NCBI RefSeq assembly: GCF_009914755.1 | Contig: NC_060940.1 | DNA: 64,000 nucleotides | Strand: one strand, 5' to 3' | From: the human T2T-CHM13v2.0 reference genome, Homo sapiens | Part shown: in pieces, positions 54,703 to 64,000 of the stretch | Position numbering within the stretch: the first letter of the stretch is position 1 | Layout: every line of letters begins with the position of its first letter | Notes under the pieces: generated by a model | Seen by the model: the letters and a program-made list of their open reading frames with translations, nothing else | What the model was told of the DNA's origin: nothing | Database searches by the model: none | Translations under genes and position numbers: made by a program

Positions 54703-55024
54703 TGGCCTGAAGACGCAAAAAGAATAAGGGTCTCCAGTGACATTATGGAGCCATCGTGTCAGCCCACGCGGGACCTGCCCCTCTCCGGACTCCTGTCCGG
54801 GAACTCCTTTCCTTATCCTCTCAGGTTGTCGCTCGCAGCCACAGCATCCGAGGCGACCTGCTTCATGCCGTGATCCCCTCTACCAGGTTTCGTTTAGTCC
54901 TTACCTGCCACTGACAGTGTGATTTGGGACAGATGATTAAAATCTTGTTATCTCACTAAGGTGTGGTGAGGGCCAACGGAGATTTTATGGTGAATGTGCT
55001 TAGAAAATGACAGAGTAGTATATC

Positions 55025-55379
55025 GGCCGGGTGCGATGGCTCATGCCTGTAATCCCAACACTTTGGGAGGCTGAAGCGGGTGGATCACCTGAGGTCAGAA
55101 GTTCAAGCCCAGCCTGACCAACATGGTGAAACCCCGTCTCTACTAAAAATACAAAAATTAGCTGGGCGTGATGGCGGGCACCTGTAATCCCAGCTACTCA
55201 GGAGGCTGAGGCACTAGAATTGCTTAAATCTGGGAGGCAGAGGTTAACAGTGAGCTGAGATTGTGCCACCGCACTCCAGCCTGGGTAACAGAACAAGACT
55301 GTCTCAAAAAAAAAAAAAAAAAGAAAAAAGAAAAAAAGAAAAAGAAAAGAAAGAAAAGGAAAGGAGAAGAGAAGAGAAG
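55025..55379 (+). mobile_element. AluS with long A/GAAA tail
   Basis: ggccgggtgcgatggctcatgcctgtaatccc...gtctcaaaaaaaa. Confidence 0.95.
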
Positions 55380-55669
55380 GGCATGATTATTTTTTACTTT
55401 TCCCCTCTTTCCCTGGTCGCAGGCTGGCCCCTGACTTCATTTCCTGGTGCTTTGTTAAAATGAGTTAAGTGCGAGTTCAGGAGAGAGGAGCCCCTCATTC
55501 ACTGCACACCCCGCCCTCCGCCCCTTGGTGAACTTTTGTCAGAGAGAGGCCTGTGACCCAGGCGAGGGCAGAGAAGGCAGAACCCATGTTCTAGGTGGGC
55601 AAGAGAGGCTGGAGGCCGTCGCAGGCGCGCTGACGCCCAGCAGCAGCCACCGGAGTGAGACAAGCGGTT

Positions 55670-55875
55670 GGCTCTCCCTGCACCGGCTGCGGGAGCCCCA
55701 GCTGCTCCACGTCCCCACCAACCTTGGTTTTGTGCCTTCTTCACTGTAGCTGTTGGGTGGGTGTGTGGTGGCGTCTCTCTGAGGCTGAGCACTTTTCATG
55801 GGTTTCTTGGCCATTTGGGCATCCATCGTCCTATAAATCTTACTAATTTATAGGAGTTCTTTATACATTTGAGGA
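55670..55875 (-). mobile_element. Degenerate L1M fragment
   Basis: gctccacgtccccaccaaccttgg...tgaggctgagcacttttcatgggtttcttggccattt...ttataggagttctttatacatt. Confidence 0.6.
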
Positions 55876-56325
55876 AACGACAGTTTGAGGACGTTGAGGC
55901 TGGAGGTGTGGGTACCATCCCTCCACCTGTCTGCCCTACCCAGACCTGTCCCCAGCACCACAGGCCACCTCTTCACATGCACAGCCTGAGTGACAGCAGC
56001 GTTTCCCAGCAGGGGCTCAACTCACAGACGCCTCTCAGATAAAAGGCTTCATAGTGGACCCATGGTGCCCACAGCACACGGGAGCGGCTCAGGGAGGTCC
56101 TGCAGCCAGCACACCAGTTCAGCCCTGTCTGGCCGAGAGCTTTGCACGCTCATCTAACCATGGTTTCATGGAATGTCTGTGATATCTCATGGAAGTCAAG
56201 TCACGCTCTGGGAAAGAAGAGTGGGAAGTGCTGCGCCAGCCTAACCCCTGCCCAGAGACTCACATGTGGACGCAGGATCTTGTATGTGCACACACACCCT
56301 GCATCCTGCGACCGACACGCATACA

Positions 56326-56404
56326 CACCTCCCACCACACCCGGCAAATTTTTTTTTTTTTTGTATTTTTGTATTTTTAGTAGAGACGAGGTTTCACCGT
56401 GTTG
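56326..56404 (-). mobile_element. Isolated internal Alu fragment (linker region)
   Basis: cacctcccaccacacccggcaaattttt..tgtatttttgtatttttagtagagacgaggtttcaccgtgttg, with no Alu head or tail. Confidence 0.85.
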
Positions 56405-56417
56405 TAGAGATGGTGCT

Positions 56418-56870
56418 CACATGCACCCACAGTCACACTCACACACACGCTCACACTCACACGCTCACAGGCACGTCACATACACACACTCACACGCTCA
56501 CAGGCACAGTCACATACACACACACGCTCACAGGCACAGTCACACGTGCACCCACAGTCACACACACACACACTCACACCCTCACAGGCACAGTCACATA
56601 CACACACTCACACTCATACGCTGACAGGCACAGTCACATACACACACTCACACACGCTCACAGGCACAGTCACGCATGCACCCAGTCACATACACACACG
56701 TTCACATGCACACTCACACGCATACACACACACTCACAGGCACGTCACACAGGCACCCACACTCACACACATGCACACACACAGGCACATCACACATGCA
56801 CCCAGTCACACACATACACACACACTCACACACATGCACAGTTGCACGTGCACCCGCACTCACATGCATC
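56418..56870. repeat. CA-rich degenerate repeat
   Basis: Recurring cacacgctcacaggcacagtcacatacacac modules. Confidence 0.9.
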
Positions 56871-58314
56871 CCCACCTGGTGCTGCCCCCAGGGTCTGGGC
56901 CATTCAACCCTCAGGGTTGCCCAGGTCTCTTGTCCCCCCTGCAGCAGGAACTGCCTCTGCAGAGTCTCTCTCTGTCCTTCGGGGTCTGGGTTCTCAGGAG
57001 CTGAGATCTCTTCATCAGTGAGGGGAGGGGAGGTGGCAGTTGTGGCCTAGTCCAACCCACATCCTTGGACCTGCCCAGAGAGACCCCTCTAGCAGCCCCA
57101 GCTTCCCGTCCCCTAACACAGACCCCATTCTGGACCTGGGGTTCCCGGCCCTCCCGGCCCCTCACCCCTTCCCCACCTCCACTGCTCGGGGCTGACTCTG
57201 CCATGCATTACATTCCCCGTGTACGGCAACAGCTGGCTGAGCTTAATTAAGCCCCACAGTGCCGGGTTCCACCTGGCGAGGAATTAACAACAATAACAAA
57301 ATAGCAAACACCGGAGGAGGGGGTCTGCAGAGGCAGGTCTGGGGCCTCCTGCTTCTCCCAGAGGGTAGGAACGTGGCCAGGGAGCCACTGGCCTCTGCCT
57401 CCAGTCCTGAGGCCACCTTTGGGGGCTTGCTGTCAGCTCCTGGTCTGGGGATGACATGGCCAGCCCTTGCCACTCTTCCCAGCGGGACAGGGTCTCAACC
57501 AACGAGGGGTCTCCATGTCCTTTGCTGTGTGAGGGGCGGCAGCTGGTTGCCCACCCACAGGGGAGGAGGCTCAGGGTACCTAGGCTCTGTGGCTCACCTG
57601 TTCTGCACACACCTGCCGAGAACCATGGCGTGTAGGGCACTGTGTGACAGGTTCCCAGCTCACCAGGGTCCAGGCAGAACGGCTGGAGTGAGACGGACAC
57701 ACGGCGTGCAGGTACCTTGGGTGTGGACAGGGGGCACTGGGCTTGCCTTGGAGGAGTGGCAGGGGCTTCTCTCACTGATGTCTGAGCTTCGTCTGGGGGA
57801 TGTGGGCAAAGGTGGTGTCGGCACCAGGAGCCTGGGAAGAGGCTGGGCGGTGCAGCAGAGTGAGTGGAGTTCCACGGACCCTGAGGCTCCCCAGCCTGTG
57901 CTCTGCAGGGGTGGCTCCAGGAGGGCCCTGAGTTTTGGCCTTGCGGGGCTGGAGCTCAGAGGAGGCACCTCTAGCATCACACATTAAGGGGCAGAACAGG
58001 AATTTAAGTTCAGGATGCCTGGCTCCTAAGCTAGGGCCTCATTTCTGTACCAGATACACACCCAGTCATCCGCTGCCTGGGGTGGGCTCAGCAAGGATGG
58101 AGCTGCAAGGGAGGGTGGGGCTCCCTCAGAAGCAGGCGCCTAGAGATGACAAGAGACGGGGCGGTGGCTGGGGACCCCCAGGCAGCACTTCTAGCAGACT
58201 GAGCGTCGGACAGGTTAGCAGATGCCGAGGCCCACCTGTGCACACAGATTGATTCCTTTAAATAAGTTATTTATAGCTTGTACCCATCTGCTTCCAAAAG
58301 GGGTTTGGGAAATG

Positions 58315-58524
58315 CAAGAAAAAAACAGAACATTGGAAACAGAACTAGCAGTTTATCGCAGAGGCACAAGAAAAACAGAATAGTGTAAATAGAACTAGCA
58401 GGTGATCGCAGAGGCACGAGAAAAACAGAACAGTGGAAATGGAGCTAGCAGGTTATCGCAGAGGCACACACACACACACAAAAACCAGAACAGTGGGAAT
58501 GGAACTAGCAGGTTATCACAGAGG
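58315..58524. repeat. 50-bp tandem repeat, 4 copies
   Basis: aaaaacagaa...aactagcagg(t/g)tatcgcagaggcac at 58321, 58371, 58421 and 58481. Confidence 0.9.
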
Positions 58525-58804
58525 TTGCAGGGATCATCGTGCTCCAAACCATCCTAAGGTTTTGTTCTGGACTTCCTGGCACCTGAAGCAAAAAGGGAAA
58601 CAAAAAGGTGTTGTGAGCTTTCATTTTGTGTTTGGCTTTTCCAATTTTTCCGAAAATCACAGGAGAGGTAAAAGCTTTCACAGAAAGAGTGCACTGTGCC
58701 ATGAGGAACCTGGAATGGGTCCCTGCTCTCTGATCTCAAGAAAATCAACAACCTGTTTGGTCTTGTTTTCGTCTCTGGTGAAATGGGAATAATAATAATG
58801 TCCA

Positions 58805-59257
<453 letters not shown>

Positions 59258-59899
59258 TCAGGTCCCTGCCTGAGGTTACTACCAACACCGCACTCTCTCA
59301 GCCAGCAAAGGGTTTTTGGTTTGGAGAACAAAGTCTATGGTTATCATATCCATGTATATGCCTATTTTTGGTTTTGTATTTATTTTAGTATTATTTAAAA
59401 TGCAGTTCCTTATCTCGAGGAGCTCATGTTGCAGAAGAGTCTAGACAACAGGAGGGAATCCCACCAAGGGCAGTGTTGAAAGATTTCAGTGGGTTCCACA
59501 GTTTCCTCTCTTCTCATACGAGCCTTTGTCTTTTGCACCAAACACTCATGCGTGAGAGAGAAAAGGAGATGAGGGAGCCAGGCTCTGAGTACCTTCCCTG
59601 ACGTGAGGTGTGAAGACAATTCTGCCACTTCCTGTGTGACTTTGGCAAGGCACTGAAACACTCAGCCACTTACCTCGTCTATGACTCAGGGTTGTAAGAA
59701 ATGGTCAGTAAATCACCAGGTGTCGTGGCTGTGGTAGATGCTGTAGAAATGGTTCATGACAGTGACTGTTCTCACCATTGCCCCAATTGCATTCAATCTT
59801 TCCAGACTGTTCTTCAGTAAAAGCTGATGACTCATCCTTCCCAGAACCAAACAACCTATTCTTTCAGTGGGGGAGGTTTTCAATTATGATTGCCATTTT

Positions 59900-62130
59900 T
59901 TTTAAAAATCAGATGTCCTTTCAGAGTTTCTATTTCTTCTTGTGTCAGTTCTGGTAATTTGTGTCTTTTAAATCTCAGAAGATTTAAACCTTAAATGATT
60001 TAAATCTTTTGAATTTATTGACATGTTTTATAGTGAATGATCTAAGTACATTTGAAAAAAAAAGTATGTGTTCTGGGTGGGTGGGAGCATCCTATTAATG
60101 CCAACTAGGTCATGTTGGTTGATATGTTGTGTTTGTCTTTTGCATCCTTGCTGATTTTCTGTCTACACATTCTGTTGCTGAGAGAGGAGTATTGAACGCC
60201 CTAGAAATTTGTCCATTCCCTCTACTGTCAAGTTTATTGGCATAAAGTTGTTCAGAATATTCCCTAATTCTCCTTTTAATACCTACAGGGTCTGTGGCAA
60301 TGTGTTATCTTTCATTCCTGTTACTGGTCATTTATATTCTGTCTCTCTAGTAATCTAGGAGTTTATCAATTTTATCAATATTTTCAATGACCTAACTTGT
60401 GAATTTCTTGACTTTTCTCTATGGTTTGTTCATTTTCTATTTCGTTGATTTTTGCTGTTTAATACATCCTTTTTGAGCTTAATTTGTTCTTTTTCTAGAT
60501 TTTCAAAGTGGAAGTTTAGATCATTTGTTTTCAACCTTTAGTCTGCTAACACAAGCATTTAAAGCTATAAATTCAACTTTAAGCACTGCTTTGGTTAGAG
60601 CACCAAATTTTGATATGTCATGTTTTCATTTTTATTAGTCCAAAATATTTTCTAATTTCCTTTGTGATTTCTTGTTTTACCCATATGTTATTTAGAAGTT
60701 TATTGTTTAATTTCCAAATATTTAAGGACATTTTACAGATATCTTAATGTAATTAATTTCTAACTTTATAGTGAGAGAACATATCTTATATGATTTCAAT
60801 CTTTTCATTTGTTGACATGTTTTATGGTGAATGATCTATGTGCATTTGAAAAAAAAGTTTGTGTTCTGTTCTGGGTGGGTGGGAGTGTCCTATCAATGTC
60901 AACTAAGTCATGTTGGTTGATATGTTGTTTTTGTCTTTTGCATCCTTGCTGATTTTCTGTCTGCACATTCAGTTGCTGAGAGAGGAGCACTGAACGCCCT
61001 AGAATTGTGGGTTTGTCTGTGTTTCTCTGTGGATCTATGTTGCTTCCCATATTTTGAAACTGTTATTAAATGTGTGTATATTTAGGATTGTTTTGTGTTT
61101 CTGATGAACTGACAAGTTTATGACTATATGTTCCTCCTTAATTCTGATAATATGGTCTTGCAGTCTATTTTGTCTGATATTAATGAAATCACTCCAGCTT
61201 GCCTATAGCACTATTTGTGTGATGTATCTTTTTCCATCCTCTTACTTTCAAACTATCTGTGCTTTATATTTAAACTATTCTCTTGCAGACAACAGATGGT
61301 TGAGTCTAGCTTTTTTAAATCCAGACTGGCAATCTTTGCTTTTGTAAATTTAAGTTTTATTATCTTTGCTTTTTAACTGAAGTGTTAGTCAATTTACACT
61401 TAATGTAATTATTGACATGTTTGGGCATAAATCATCTTGCTATTTGTTTTATATTTGTCCCCCTTGGTTTTTGTTTTGAATTTTCCTCCTTTCTTGCCTT
61501 CTTTTGAATTATTTAATTATTTCTTAGTATTCCATATTCTTTAATAAAAAACATTTATTTAGAGATGGGGTCTTACTCTGTCACCCAGGCTGGAGTACAG
61601 TGGCACAATCCTAGCTGACTGTAACCTCAAACCCCTGGGCTCAAGCAATCTTCCCACCTCAGCCTCCTGAGTAGCTGAGACTAGATGAGAGGCACTGTGC
61701 CCAGCTAATTTAAAAAATCTTTTTGGAGAGACAGGGTCTCACTGTGTTGCCTAGGCTGGTCTTGAACTGCTGGGCTCAAGTGATCCTTCCACATCAGCCT
61801 CCCAAAGTGTTGGGATTACAGGTGTGAGCCATGGTGCCTGGCCATTTTATTTATTTCATATACGTATACGTGTGTGTGTGTGTGTATTTATTTATTTGGA
61901 GGCTACACTTCTGTTTAGGATTTTAACAGCTGCACCAAGGATTACAGTGTCTACCTTGCATTTATATTATTTTGCTTCATGTAGAATGGAAGAAAATTGC
62001 AATATGGTACCATTTACCCATGTTTGTGTTTCAGTCATACATTCTACTTCACAAATATTATGACTCTTATAATATCTTTTTATTATTTTTACTTAAAATG
62101 GTCAGTTGTCTTTAACATAAAATTAATACA
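59900..62130 (-). mobile_element. L1M fragment (AT-rich), interrupted by an AluJ and a local duplication
   Basis: tttctatttcttcttgtgtcagtt; gcatttaaagctataaatt..taagcactgctt; gttatttagaagt..attgtttaatttccaaatattt; tatttacacttaatgtaattattgac-type L1 motifs. Confidence 0.85.
61554..61843 (-). mobile_element. AluJ-type
   Basis: acctcaaacccctgggctcaagcaatcttcccacctcagcc; gagacagggtctcactgtgttgcctaggc. Confidence 0.92.
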
Positions 62131-64000
62131 GGAGTAAAGCACACTTTATATTAATATATGGGTAAAGCAGACTTTATATTAATACATGAGTAAAGGGGAC
62201 TTTATATTAATATATGAGTAAAGCGGACTTTATATTAATACAGGAGTAAAGGGGACTTTATATTAATATATGAGTAAAGGGGACTTTATATTAATATATG
62301 AGTAAAGGGGACTTTATATTAATACAGGAGTAAAGCAGACTTTATATTAATACATGAGTAAAGGGGACTTTATATTAATATATGAGTAAAGGGGACTTTA
62401 TATTAATATATGAGTAAAGGGGACTTTATATTAATATATGAGTAAAGGGGACTTTATATTAATATATGAGTAAAGGGGACTTTATATTAATATATGAGTA
62501 AAGGGGACTTTATATTAATATATGAGTAAAGCGGACTTTATATTAATACAGGAGTAAAGGGGACTTTATATTAATATATGGGTAAAGGGGACTTTATATT
62601 AATACAGGAGTAAAGCAGACTTTATATTAATATATGAGTAAAGGGGACTTTATATTAATATATGAGTAAAGGGGACTTTATATTAATATATGAGTAAAGG
62701 GGACTTTATATTAATATATGAGTAAAGGGGACTTTATATTAATATATGAGTAAAGGGGACTTTATATTAATATATGAGTAAAGGGGACTTTATATTAATA
62801 TATGAGTAAAGCGGACTTTATATTAATACAGGAGTAAAGGGGACTTTATATTAATATATGGGTAAAGGGGACTTTATATTAATACAGGAGTAAAGCAGAC
62901 TTTATATTAATATATGAGTAAAGGGGACTTTATATTAATATATGAGTAAAGGGGACTTTATATTAATACAGGAGTAAAGCAGACTTTATATTAATATATG
63001 AGTAAAGGGGACTTTATATTAATATATGAGTAAAGGGGACTTAATACAGGAGTAAAGCAGACTTTATATTAATACATGAGTAAAGGGGACTTTATATTAA
63101 TATATGAGTAAAGGGGACTTTATATTAATACAGGAGTAAAGCAGACTTTATATTAATATATGAGTAAAGGGGACTTTATATTAATATATGAGTAAAGGGG
63201 ACTTTATATTAATACATGAGTAAAGCAGACTTTATATTAATATATGAGTAAAGGGAACTTTATATTAATATATGAGTAAAGGGGACTTTATATTAATATA
63301 TGAGTAAAGGGGACTTTATATTAATATATGAGTAAAGGGGACTTTATATTAATATATGAGTAAAGGGGACTTTATCTTAATACAGGAGTAAAGGGGACTT
63401 TATATTAATTCATGAGTAAAGCGGACTTTATATTAATACATGAGTAAAGCAGACTTTATATTAATATATGAGTAAAGCAGACTTTATATTAATATATGAG
63501 TAAAGGGGACTTTATATTAATACAGGAGTAAAGCAGACTTTATATTAATATATGAGTAAAGGGGACTTTATATTAATATATGAGTAAAGGGGACTTTATA
63601 TTAATACAGGAGTAAAGCAGACTTTATATTAATATATGAGTAAAGGGGACTTTATATTAATATATGAGTAAAGGGGACTTTATATTAATACAGGAGTAAA
63701 GCAGACTTTATATTAATACATGAGTAAAGGGGACTTTATATTAATATATGAGTAAAGGGGACTTTATATTAATACAGGAGTAAAGCAGACTTTATATTAA
63801 TATATGAGTAAAGGGGACTTTATATTAATATATGAGTAAAGGGGACTTTATATTAATATATGAGTAAAGGGGACTTAATACAGGAGTAAAGGGGACTTTA
63901 TATTAATTCATGAGTAAAGCAGACTTTATATTAATACATGAGTAAAGCAGACTTTATATTAATATATGAGTAAAACAGACTTTATATTAATATATGAGTA
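62123..64000. repeat. AT-rich VNTR, 28-bp unit GAGTAAAGGGGACTTTATATTAATATAT, at least ~67 copies, runs off the window end
   Basis: gagt at 62412 and 62440 (28-bp period). An identical variant block occurs at 62521 and 62801 (280 bp apart). Confidence 0.98.

Overview
Primate (human-like) non-coding genomic DNA, GC-rich over about 1-59 kb and AT-rich over the last ~4.7 kb. The evidence is about a dozen Alu elements (S and J types), ancient L1M/L2/MIR/MLT1/MER21/LTR40 fragments and an exceptional density of minisatellites and long simple-repeat arrays, as is typical of subtelomeric regions. I cannot support any protein-coding gene, RNA gene or CRISPR array. All long ORFs (500-630 aa) are translations of tandem repeats or Alu. 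I could not identify the locus from sequence alone. The best signals fall into three groups. (i) High-quality regulatory motifs in unique sequence: an IFN-beta-like IRF/ETS/NF-kB/CCAAT module at ~3.2 kb, a perfect 5-unit heat-shock element at 16.0 kb, a GATA-dense CpG-rich island at 36.4-36.8 kb, a PBX/HOX/MEIS island at 40.6 kb and a near-perfect REST/RE1 site at 43.0 kb. (ii) Many VNTRs that appear to be seeded by transposon sequence. (iii) Two short locally templated insertions. No new coding biological system is evident. TE family names come from remembered consensus sequences and need RepeatMasker/Dfam confirmation.
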